This document shows, piece after piece, positions 7,658 to 14,961 of a stretch of 32,000 bases of DNA. The stretch comes from Candidatus Saccharimonadota bacterium. GTDB lineage: Bacteria > Patescibacteriota > Saccharimonadia > Saccharimonadales > UBA4665. The notes below the pieces were generated by a model. It saw only the letters and a list, made by a program, of their open reading frames with translations. It was not told the DNA's origin and did not search any database. A program made the position numbers and the translations under genes. The stretch is from assembly GCA_963718045.1 (NCBI GenBank), contig OY970350.1:360001-392000 (forward strand), given 5' to 3'. Numbering within the stretch: the first letter of the stretch is position 1; every line of letters begins with the position of its first letter.

Positions 7658-8498
7658 GGCTTATTAGTATCTTAAACTCATTTGGCGTATCGACTTCAAA
7701 TGTTTTACGCTCTTTCGACGGCAAAGTTATCTCCAGCTTCTTAGCCAGTAAGTATAGTCTGTCAGCCGGCTTTCCGTGATAAAGGCTATCGCCGACTATA
7801 GGATGGCCGAGGTGAGATAGATGAACTCTTAATTGGTGTGTCCGACCGGTAGTTGGCTTTAGTTCAATTAAGCTAAAGTTATTCTGTGTGGTTAGAACGC
7901 TATATTCGGTTATTGCCTGCTTACCGCCGGCATCAACCCTAAAAGACTGCGGGTTTTTGGGGTTACGCCTAATGGGCAGATCTATAATGGCTGATTCATG
8001 ATTTAGGCTGCCGTCAACTATGGCCAGATAAGTTTTTCTAGCTTTACGGGTAGAGAACTGCTTCTGGAGCCATTGAGCAGCTGCTTCATTCTTGGCTAGA
8101 ATCATAACGCCGCTCGTTAGCCTATCTAGTCTATGGACTATGCCTGAGCGTTCATTTTTGTCGCCAATATATTTATCTGCCAGCCAGCTTGCAACTGTTG
8201 CCTCGGGGTTATATTCACCCTTTGAATGAGCTAAAACTCCAATTGGCTTGTTTATAACTATTACATCATCGTCTTCATAGATAATCGGCAGTTTAATTTT
8301 CGGAATTTTAATCTTATCGGGGTAATAGTTTATGTTAAGTTTGTCGCTGTCAGACACCTTAAATGCTGGTTTGATAACTTTTAAACCATTAACTTTAATA
8401 AGGCCGTCTTCAATTATTTTGGCGGCTGTTGACCGGCTAATTGTTGGCAAACTGTGTGAGACGGCAATATCTAAACGGACTTCGTTTTTATCTGTCAT
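7650..8498 (-). CDS. RluA-family 23S rRNA pseudouridine synthase (RluD-like)
   Basis: N-terminal S4 RNA-binding domain, catalytic motif HRLDRLTSGVMILAKN and the downstream RTHQLRVH motif. Confidence 0.85.
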   Translation of the reverse strand: MTDKNEVRLDIAVSHSLPTISRSTAAKIIEDGLIKVNGLKVIKPAFKVSDSDKLNINYYPDKIKIPKIKLPIIYEDDDVIVINKPIGVLAHSKGEYNPEATVASWLADKYIGDKNERSGIVHRLDRLTSGVMILAKNEAAAQWLQKQFSTRKARKTYLAIVDGSLNHESAIIDLPIRRNPKNPQSFRVDAGGKQAITEYSVLTTQNNFSLIELKPTTGRTHQLRVHLSHLGHPIVGDSLYHGKPADRLYLLAKKLEITLPSKERKTFEVDTPNEFKILISHE

Positions 8499-9526
8499 TT
8501 CCTCAGGCCAACGGCTCGCTGAACTTTAGTTAATGTTTCGTTAGCCACTTTATTCATGGCCTCCTCAGAAGACGACAGATGGTCTAATATTGCTTGGGTC
8601 TCAACCTTAGATAATTTATCCTGGAAGTCAGTCAGAAATTGCCTAACGGCTTCAGAAACAGCTTGCTTTAGCTCACCGTAGTTAGTTTTACCATCCCACT
8701 CGCCGTTTACATCTTCTTGCGGCCTTCCGGATATAAGGGCCAATAGCTGCAGTAAGTTAGAGATTCCTGGTTGTTTTTCTGGGTCATAGTTAATTTGAGC
8801 AAGACTATCCGTTGTGGCCGACATAATCTTTTTGGCTGCTTCTTCTGGGCTGTCGTTAAGGAAGATAACACCATTATTGTTATCTTCACTCTTACTCATT
8901 TTCTTAGCTGGATCAGCGAAGCTTTTAATTCTAAGACCTTGGTCGTGGGCGAAGAATTCGTGCTGCTCTTTGACGCTTTTAGGTAAAACGAATAGATCGC
9001 CGAATCTTGAGTTCATTCGCATGGCTATATCTCGAGCAAATTCGATATGCTGTTTTTGATCGTCACCTACCGGTACGTAGCTGGCACCATATAAAAGTAT
9101 GTCTGCAGCCATTAGGACTGGGTAATTGAGCAGGCCCATAGAGACCATGGAGTTGCCAAGTTTGGCACTTTTATCTTTAAACTGGGTCATTCTATTCATT
9201 TCACCAACGCCCGTGAAGCAGTCCAGGATCCAGGCTAGTTCACTGTGGGCTGGGATGAAGCTCTGCCTATAGACATAGACATTCTTAGCATTTAAGGGTA
9301 GGCCAGCGGCCACAAACAGCTTTACGTTTTGAATTGCCTGATCATATAAGGTGCCATGGTCAACCGGTGTAGTAAAACTATGAAGATCTGGTACGAACAG
9401 ATTTATCTGGTAATCATCAGGCTTGTTTTTGGCAAGATCAATAATTGGCAGTAAGGCACCAAAATAGTTGCCAATGTGGAGATCATTATTGGTCCTTATT
9501 CCCGTTAGAATGACTGTTCTACTCAT
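8495..9526 (-). CDS. trpS: Tryptophan--tRNA ligase
   Basis: Class I aaRS of TrpRS size (343 aa). HIGN (HIGH-type) motif at TGIRTNNDLHIGNYFGA and a KMSKS motif (KKMSKSEDN). Confidence 0.85.
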   Translation of the reverse strand: MSRTVILTGIRTNNDLHIGNYFGALLPIIDLAKNKPDDYQINLFVPDLHSFTTPVDHGTLYDQAIQNVKLFVAAGLPLNAKNVYVYRQSFIPAHSELAWILDCFTGVGEMNRMTQFKDKSAKLGNSMVSMGLLNYPVLMAADILLYGASYVPVGDDQKQHIEFARDIAMRMNSRFGDLFVLPKSVKEQHEFFAHDQGLRIKSFADPAKKMSKSEDNNNGVIFLNDSPEEAAKKIMSATTDSLAQINYDPEKQPGISNLLQLLALISGRPQEDVNGEWDGKTNYGELKQAVSEAVRQFLTDFQDKLSKVETQAILDHLSSSEEAMNKVANETLTKVQRAVGLRK

Positions 9527-9576
9527 GTTCTTAGTTATTATATCCTAAGAATTAAATGCTTGGCTAAAAACCAGAC

Positions 9577-9987
9577 TTAACGCTTGGTGAATTGGCGCTG
9601 CTTACGGGCACCGCGCAGACCGAACTTCTTCCGTTCTTTATCGCGGGAGTCCCGGCCTAACAGATCGGCTCGCTTCAGAGTTTGCCTATAGTCTTCATTT
9701 AAAACGGTCAGGCATTTGGCGATACCCAGCCTGATAGCTTCTATCTGGCCGTTTTTACCGCCGCCAGCTACCACTACAGATATGTCGAAGTTGTTAGTGA
9801 GATCAAGGGCATTAAATGGTTGGTTCAGCTTATTGAGCAAGTATTTAGAGCCATTAACATATTCGGAAGCTGATTGGCCGTTAATAACTATATTTCCTTT
9901 GCCGCGTATCAGTCTGACGCGGGCGGTGGAACTCTTCCGGCGGCCCAGACCGTAAAAATAACTGCTATTTGCCATTGTCTTCTCCAA
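9577..9987 (-). CDS. rpsI: 30S ribosomal protein S9
   Basis: YFYGLGRRKSSTARV near the N-terminus and C-terminal GARKQRQFTKR. An alternative start at 9975 (MANSSYFYG) is possible. Confidence 0.95.
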   Translation of the reverse strand: MEKTMANSSYFYGLGRRKSSTARVRLIRGKGNIVINGQSASEYVNGSKYLLNKLNQPFNALDLTNNFDISVVVAGGGKNGQIEAIRLGIAKCLTVLNEDYRQTLKRADLLGRDSRDKERKKFGLRGARKQRQFTKR

Positions 9988-10414
9988 GAGTAATAATTAC
10001 CGGTTTCTGCGGGTCTTGCTTATGCTGGTCGTCAGCGTAGATCTTAAGTCTAAGCAGCCGCCCGTCTCTAAGTTTATTATCCGGCAGCATACCGCGGACT
10101 GAATGATAGATTACCTTTGTCGGGTCCAGGGCTAACTGATCTTCTAGTGACCTTGTCCTCAGACCTCCTGGATGCTGGCTGTGATGGTAGTATTTCTTAG
10201 TTTTTAGCTTATCGCCTGTCACTCTTAAGTCTTTGGCGTTTAAGATAATAACGTAGTCACCACAGTCAATGTGCTTGGTAAACTGCGGTTTGCCCTTGCC
10301 TAGTAGTAAACTAGCAGCAACTGTCGATACTCTGCCTAAGGGAGCGGTTGAAGCGTCAATAATGTACCACTTCCTGGTTACTTCGCTAGGTTTGGCTGAA
10401 TATGTTTTCTTCAT
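9965..10414 (-). CDS. rplM: 50S ribosomal protein L13
   Basis: KWYIIDASTAPLGRVSTVAASLLLGKGKPQFTKHIDCGDYVIILNA is a canonical L13 N-terminus. Confidence 0.95.
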   Translation of the reverse strand: MKKTYSAKPSEVTRKWYIIDASTAPLGRVSTVAASLLLGKGKPQFTKHIDCGDYVIILNAKDLRVTGDKLKTKKYYHHSQHPGGLRTRSLEDQLALDPTKVIYHSVRGMLPDNKLRDGRLLRLKIYADDQHKQDPQKPVIITLGEDNGK

Positions 10415-10845
10415 TTAGTCTCCTTGGCCGCCTCAGCAGGCTTAGTTTCTTGTATGGCCGGCGCTGGTTTTGGCGTTTCTGCCTTCTTTTCATCAACAAA
10501 GCTAACTACTGCCATTTGAGTGTTATCACCGCGGCGGGTAGTTGAAGGTTTAATGCGTAAGTGACCTGATGTTCGGCCTTTCATACGGGGCGCCAGTTCA
10601 TCGACTAGTTTGTGGGCGCTAGTAAGTGTCGATAGCCCGCTGATTATTAGTTTTCTATTAGCCAGGTCACCTTTTTTTGCCTTAGTTATTAGCTTTTCCA
10701 TGTAGGGCACAAGCTCTTTGGCTTTAGATAGGGTGGTCTCAACTTTCTCGTATTTAATTAACGAATCAGCCAGACCTTTCATAAGAGCCCGGCGTTGGTC
10801 GCGCTCACGGTGCAGTTTTCTACCTTGATAGCCGTGTCGGTGCAT
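10411..10845 (-). CDS. rplQ: 50S ribosomal protein L17 (Ala/Pro/Lys/Glu-rich C-terminal tail)
   Basis: MHRHGYQGRKLHRERDQRRALMKGLADSLI matches the L17 N-terminus. Confidence 0.95.
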   Translation of the reverse strand: MHRHGYQGRKLHRERDQRRALMKGLADSLIKYEKVETTLSKAKELVPYMEKLITKAKKGDLANRKLIISGLSTLTSAHKLVDELAPRMKGRTSGHLRIKPSTTRRGDNTQMAVVSFVDEKKAETPKPAPAIQETKPAEAAKETK

Positions 10846-11796
10846 CTAAAGCTCCAATTCCGCTAGTTTCTCTTTAACTTCGTCTAGTGCCTTTGAACCA
10901 AAGCCTTTAAGGTCTTTAAGTTCAGCGTCATTTAGGGCAAATAGCTCCCTGATGGTATGGATATCGTTATTAATCAGAGCGTTAGTTGTTCTGGCAGACA
11001 GGTTTAAGTCTTCAATCGAAGTGTTCAGGGCAGACATTTCATCGGCGTTTGCTCCTTGGTCGAAGTTGTCATCGCCAACCATGCCCTGGTTAGATTCGCT
11101 TGTCTCAACCCGTGTCTTACCGGCTAGGGCAGTATATTGGTTAACTAAAATGGCAGCGGCTTCCTCAAAAGCGTCACGGGGAGTAATGGTGCCGTCAGTG
11201 TCAATCGTTAGGAGCAGCTTGTCCAGGTCTGTTACCTGGCCGACACGGGTGTTTTCCACTTTATACCGGACTCTAAGTACCGGGCTAAAGATAGCGTCAA
11301 TAGCAATCATGTCACTTGGTTTTTTAAGTGTTCCTTCTTCAATTGTCCGATAGCCTCTTTCTATTTCAACTAAAAGATCCATGTCAAGCGATGCTTTTTC
11401 ATCGTCAATTGTAGCTATAACGTGCTCAGGGTTAACTATTTCAACATCGGCGTTAGTCTCAATGTCTTTAGCGGTAACCGTGCCCTTGCCTTTTTTAGCT
11501 ATTCGGAGAGTTTGCTGTTCATTGCCGTAAACCCTAAAACGGATGCCTTTAAGATTAAGCATTATATCTACGACGTCTTCTTTAATACCTTTGACATCAG
11601 TAAATTCATGAGCAATGCCCTCGATTTTAAAAGCTGTTACGGCTGCTCCGGCAATACTGGACAATAGTACCCGTCTTAGCGAGTTGCCCAGTGTCATGCC
11701 ATAGCCGCTGTGTAGCGGTTCGATGGTTAGTGTTGCTGAAGTAGCGCTGTGATCGTCGACGCTGACGATTCCCGGGGTGTGAATTACATTTGACAC
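10846..11796 (-). CDS. rpoA: DNA-directed RNA polymerase alpha subunit
   Basis: Conserved position between rpsD and rplQ. N-terminal dimerisation domain and a C-terminal HhH domain (LNLSARTTNALINNDIHTIRELF). Confidence 0.95.
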   Translation of the reverse strand: MSNVIHTPGIVSVDDHSATSATLTIEPLHSGYGMTLGNSLRRVLLSSIAGAAVTAFKIEGIAHEFTDVKGIKEDVVDIMLNLKGIRFRVYGNEQQTLRIAKKGKGTVTAKDIETNADVEIVNPEHVIATIDDEKASLDMDLLVEIERGYRTIEEGTLKKPSDMIAIDAIFSPVLRVRYKVENTRVGQVTDLDKLLLTIDTDGTITPRDAFEEAAAILVNQYTALAGKTRVETSESNQGMVGDDNFDQGANADEMSALNTSIEDLNLSARTTNALINNDIHTIRELFALNDAELKDLKGFGSKALDEVKEKLAELEL

Positions 11797-11814
11797 TTTG
11801 TTATGACCTCCTAT

Positions 11815-12435
11815 TTAACGTGAATAATACTCGACAATTAGCTGCTCATTGATATCCGGCTCAGCATCATCTCTAGCTGGGTAACTAGTGACACTAACTT
11901 CAACTTTTTTACGGTTGACTTTGAGCCATGATGGGACTTCGGCAGGCGCCGGCGAAACTTCGTCCAGTTGCTTAAAATAACTGTTCGTGACACTGTTGCT
12001 TCTTAAAGTAAGTTTGTCGCCAGGAATTAATTTTAGGCTGGGGATATCGACTCGGCGGCCATTTAGTTCAAAGTGGCCGTGGGTTATTAATTGTCTGGCT
12101 GACCGGCGGCTGGGAGCAAAGCCAGCCCGATAGACGACGTTATCTGCCCGCTGTTCTAAAAGCATTAACAGAGTTTCACCAGTTTTGCCCTGGGTTCGGT
12201 TAGCCTCAGCCATTACCCGTCTAAATTGTCTTTCAAGCAGGCCGTACAGCCTCTTAACCTTCTGCTTTTCTCGTAATTGAATTGAATACTGACTGCCACG
12301 GCCGCTGTTTGGACGGGCTGAGTTATTATATCCAGGCAGCGCTGATCTCTTCACCAGGGCTTTATGGGCTTTAGGATGAAGAGCGTAGCCTTCGCGGCGG
12401 CTTTGTTTAACAATTGAGCTTCTGTCTCTGGCCAT
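11815..12435 (-). CDS. rpsD: 30S ribosomal protein S4
   Basis: S4 domain RADNVVYRAGFAPSRRSARQLITHGHFELNGRRV, in the conserved operon position. Confidence 0.95.
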   Translation of the reverse strand: MARDRSSIVKQSRREGYALHPKAHKALVKRSALPGYNNSARPNSGRGSQYSIQLREKQKVKRLYGLLERQFRRVMAEANRTQGKTGETLLMLLEQRADNVVYRAGFAPSRRSARQLITHGHFELNGRRVDIPSLKLIPGDKLTLRSNSVTNSYFKQLDEVSPAPAEVPSWLKVNRKKVEVSVTSYPARDDAEPDINEQLIVEYYSR

Positions 12436-12437
12436 AT

Positions 12438-12899
12438 CTATACTCTCCTAGCTTTCCTGGGTCTGGCTCCGCCGTGCGCAACACCGGTAACGTCTATAAG
12501 GTTTTCTATCTGGATATCTAAGTTTGAAATAGCCCTAACGGCTGAGTCTCGGCCGAGTCCAATTCCTTTGACATAAACATTAGCCTTAGTCATGCCGTAC
12601 TGGGATTTAGCAACCTGACCGGCAGCCTCAGATGCGACCTGAGCAGCATAGGCAGTGCCCTTTTTAGAACCTCTAAAGCCGTTTGCTCCGGCGCTTGAGT
12701 TAGACAGCACGTTGCCTTTGGTATCGGTAAAACTGACTATGGTGTTATTGAAGGTGGCAAATATGTGAGCTTGTCCGACTGGTACGCTGCGCTTAACCTT
12801 TTTCTTCTTTTTGGCCGGCTTAAGACTGACTTCAGCTGGCTCTTCAGGCTTAACTGATTCATTAGCGATTATGGGTTCTATAACTTCTTGTTCTGCCAT
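12438..12899 (-). CDS. rpsK: 30S ribosomal protein S11 (about 25-aa N-terminal extension)
   Basis: GQAHIFATFNNTIVSFTD and the C-terminal DVTGVAHGGARPRKARRV are S11 signatures. Confidence 0.95.
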   Translation of the reverse strand: MAEQEVIEPIIANESVKPEEPAEVSLKPAKKKKKVKRSVPVGQAHIFATFNNTIVSFTDTKGNVLSNSSAGANGFRGSKKGTAYAAQVASEAAGQVAKSQYGMTKANVYVKGIGLGRDSAVRAISNLDIQIENLIDVTGVAHGGARPRKARRV

Positions 12900-12909
12900 A
12901 TATACCTTT

Positions 12910-13296
12910 TTAAGTCTTAGTTGCTATTCTCTTAGCCGTGCCGCCGACAGTTACTCTCTTACCACGGCGAGTTCGGGCATTGGTTCTTGTTCTTTGGCCG
13001 CGTGATGGTAAATTGGCAAGGTGTCTAAGTCCGCGGTAAGATTTTATGTCTTTAAGCCGTTTAATATTACCGGAAACTATTCTTTGCAATTCGCCTTCGA
13101 CAACGAAATCATTGTTAATAACTTCTTGGATCCGGGATATTTCAGCGTCAGTTAGGTTTTTAACCCGGATGGTCGGTTCAACGTTGGCTTTTTCTAATAT
13201 ATTGTAGCTGGATTTATTGCCAATACCGTGAATATATGTCAAAGCCACCCACAGCTGCTTATCGTTTGGAATTGTGACACCGGATATTCTGGCCAC
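12910..13296 (-). CDS. rpsM: 30S ribosomal protein S13 (GTG start)
   Basis: MARISGVTIPNDKQLWVALTYIHGIG is a canonical S13 N-terminus. Confidence 0.95.
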   Translation of the reverse strand: MARISGVTIPNDKQLWVALTYIHGIGNKSSYNILEKANVEPTIRVKNLTDAEISRIQEVINNDFVVEGELQRIVSGNIKRLKDIKSYRGLRHLANLPSRGQRTRTNARTRRGKRVTVGGTAKRIATKT

Positions 13297-13298
13297 TT

Positions 13299-13415
13299 TT
13301 AACCCTGCCTCTGCTTGTGCCTGGGCTTGAGTTTGTTAATAACGTAAATACGGCCCTTACGACGGACTATCTTGTCGTCGGGAGATATTTTCTTAACACT
13401 AGCACGCACTTTCAT
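13299..13415 (-). CDS. rpmJ: 50S ribosomal protein L36, Cys-less (non-zinc) form; absent from the ORF track
   Basis: Manual reverse-strand translation gives [38 protein letters not shown] followed by TAA. GAGGAG RBS upstream. Canonical position between infA and rpsM. Confidence 0.9.
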   Translation of the reverse strand: MKVRASVKKISPDDKIVRRKGRIYVINKLKPRHKQRQG

Positions 13416-13464
13416 GCGGATCATTGCTCCTCGAGTGTGAGTAAATGACACTCTGCCTTAAATA

Positions 13465-13686
13465 TTATCCTTTGCGGTAGGTTATCCGACCCTTTGTAAG
13501 ATCATAAGGTGTCAATTCAACCGTCACGCTATCACCGGGTACAATGCGGATAAAATGTTTCCTCATCTTACCGGCAACATGAGCTATAATTTTATGACCG
13601 TTTTCGAGTTCGACTCTAAATTGAGTACCTGGTAAAGTCTCAACTATTGTGCCGTTTAACTCAATAACTTCCTTGTTAGCAGTCAT
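13465..13686 (-). CDS. infA: Translation initiation factor IF-1
   Basis: S1-like fold with [41 protein letters not shown]. Length is 73 aa. Confidence 0.95.
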   Translation of the reverse strand: MTANKEVIELNGTIVETLPGTQFRVELENGHKIIAHVAGKMRKHFIRIVPGDSVTVELTPYDLTKGRITYRKG

Positions 13687-13703
13687 AAATATAACAGGGC
13701 TTC

Positions 13704-13732
13704 ATTATATCAAGCTAAACAGATAGTGTAAA
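13704..13732 (-). promoter_or_regulatory. Near-consensus sigma70-type promoter upstream of infA
   Basis: On the minus strand: TTTACA (13732-13727), exactly 17 nt, TATAAT (13709-13704). Only about 10 nt of leader would precede the infA ATG at 13686, and no SD is visible. Confidence 0.55.
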
Positions 13733-13805
13733 GTGTTGGTTTAAATTACTTTCGGCTGATGGTAATCGTTCTTTAGTTCTAGTCCTTTATAGCTAGCCAT
13801 ATAAA

Positions 13806-14237
13806 CTAAGTTTTTTTATCGAACCCGTAAAGTTTTAAGAAATCGACTGGTTTTAATATATTTATGTGTTTATATGATCCAAGTACGAGTAAATCTTTGT
13901 CGCCACTAATTATGCTTTCTGCGTTACCTGTTACTGCTGTTTCAATAAAAACATTATCAGTTGCATCTCGGCTAGCAGTTATCCGGACTATACCTAATTT
14001 GACGACAAGAGCATCTTCACGAATTGACTCCTCGAGTAATCCTAGGTTTGGTAAAAATAAGGGGAATAATTCCGCTATCTTACGCCGAAGCTCGCTTAGT
14101 AACTCTTCTGAGGTTACAACATTTATTTGTCCATCAATGAATAATCGGATAATCTTTTCTGGATTACCGCCGAAAACTAATCCTGAAATCCATACATTTG
14201 TATCTAAAACAACCTGGGGTCTGGATGTAGTCATCAT
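13806..14237 (-). CDS. PIN-domain toxin (PIN_3 / TIGR00305-like, VapC-type ribonuclease)
   Basis: N-terminal VVLDTNVWISGL (first acidic residue), DATDNVFIETAV and IISGDKDLL motifs. It lies 5 nt downstream of an RHH antitoxin gene. Confidence 0.8.
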   Translation of the reverse strand: MMTTSRPQVVLDTNVWISGLVFGGNPEKIIRLFIDGQINVVTSEELLSELRRKIAELFPLFLPNLGLLEESIREDALVVKLGIVRITASRDATDNVFIETAVTGNAESIISGDKDLLVLGSYKHINILKPVDFLKLYGFDKKT

Positions 14238-14242
14238 ATTAA

Positions 14243-14470
14243 CTAGTTGTTAATGATTTTGTAGACTTGCTCTTCGCTGCTTATACCCATTTGTTTGCCG
14301 ACAGACTTACCTGCAGCAAATAACTGCTCCCATCGCTTTCTACGAGCCAGATCGGAAAGAGCTAGTCTTCTAAAGTACTCACTTCTCGTACCCATATCCT
14401 GCTTGACTTTAGCATCAATGTCCTTGAGCAATCTTTCGTCCAGTGCAATGTTCAATGTTTTTGTAGCCAT
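14243..14470 (-). CDS. Ribbon-helix-helix (CopG/Arc-like) antitoxin
   Basis: 75 aa. The N-terminal beta-strand plus two helices pattern (KTLNIALDERLLKDIDAKVKQDMGTRSEYFRRLALSDL) is typical of RHH. AAGGAG RBS lies 8 nt upstream. Confidence 0.7.
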   Translation of the reverse strand: MATKTLNIALDERLLKDIDAKVKQDMGTRSEYFRRLALSDLARRKRWEQLFAAGKSVGKQMGISSEEQVYKIINN

Positions 14471-14483
14471 TATTTACACTCCT

Positions 14484-14523
14484 TATACAAGTATATTGTA
14501 TAGGTCTTGTATGTGCTAGTCAA
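14484..14523 (-). promoter_or_regulatory. Toxin-antitoxin promoter with overlapping inverted-repeat operator
   Basis: On the minus strand: TTGACT (14523-14518), 17 nt, TACAAT (14500-14495). The inverted repeat TATACAA-GTATA-TTGTATA (14484-14502) covers the -10 and predicted start site. A third TTGTAT half-site lies at 14507-14512. Confidence 0.55.
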
Positions 14524-14646
14524 TGGCATTGTTAAAGTATTTTACTTAAATCAATTCGAAAATCTTTAACCGAGACCAGCCATAGAACCTTAGCCATGCA
14601 ACCTTAAACTATCGGCTAGTGATGCTTGGCGGTATTATATATAGTT

Positions 14647-14961
14647 ATGATTGGCGTTGACTTAGTTTATATTCCTGAGTTTAAAAAACAAATGGAGCTT
14701 GGCGGTAATGCATTCATGCATAAAGTATTTAATTTAGATGAAATAAATAATTCTAAAACCGAGCATTTAGCCGGTTTATGGGCGGCAAAAGAAGCTGTCG
14801 TCAAAGCCTCATTAAAGCCGATTAGCAAATTAACAGATGTTAAAATTAGTTTTAGTAAAAGCGGTCAGCCATCAGCTAGCGCTAAGGGTAATAAGTTTGA
14901 GATATCTATCGCCCATGACGGAGATTATGCTATTGCCGTGGCTTATGGGGTAACCCAGTGA
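14647..14961 (+). CDS. acpS: Holo-[acyl-carrier-protein] synthase (4'-phosphopantetheinyl transferase, AcpS type)
   Basis: MIGVDLVYIPEF, AAKEAVVKA and SIAHDGDYAIAVA are AcpS signatures. I prefer the ATG at 14647 over the track's TTG at 14626. The TGA stop overlaps the GTG start of the next gene (GTGA, 14958-14961). Confidence 0.8.
   Translation: MIGVDLVYIPEFKKQMELGGNAFMHKVFNLDEINNSKTEHLAGLWAAKEAVVKASLKPISKLTDVKISFSKSGQPSASAKGNKFEISIAHDGDYAIAVAYGVTQ

Noticed and set aside
10952-11353. Long antisense ORFs inside conserved genes. Examples are 10952-11353 opposite rpoA, 21797-22180 opposite rplE, 24137-24514 opposite rpsC, 29111-29521 opposite tuf, 13864-14253 opposite the PIN gene and 16406-16771 opposite the fusion gene.
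   Set aside because: They lie entirely opposite strongly supported genes. They have low-complexity Ser/Leu/Arg-rich translations typical of shadow frames, no RBS and no recognisable domains.
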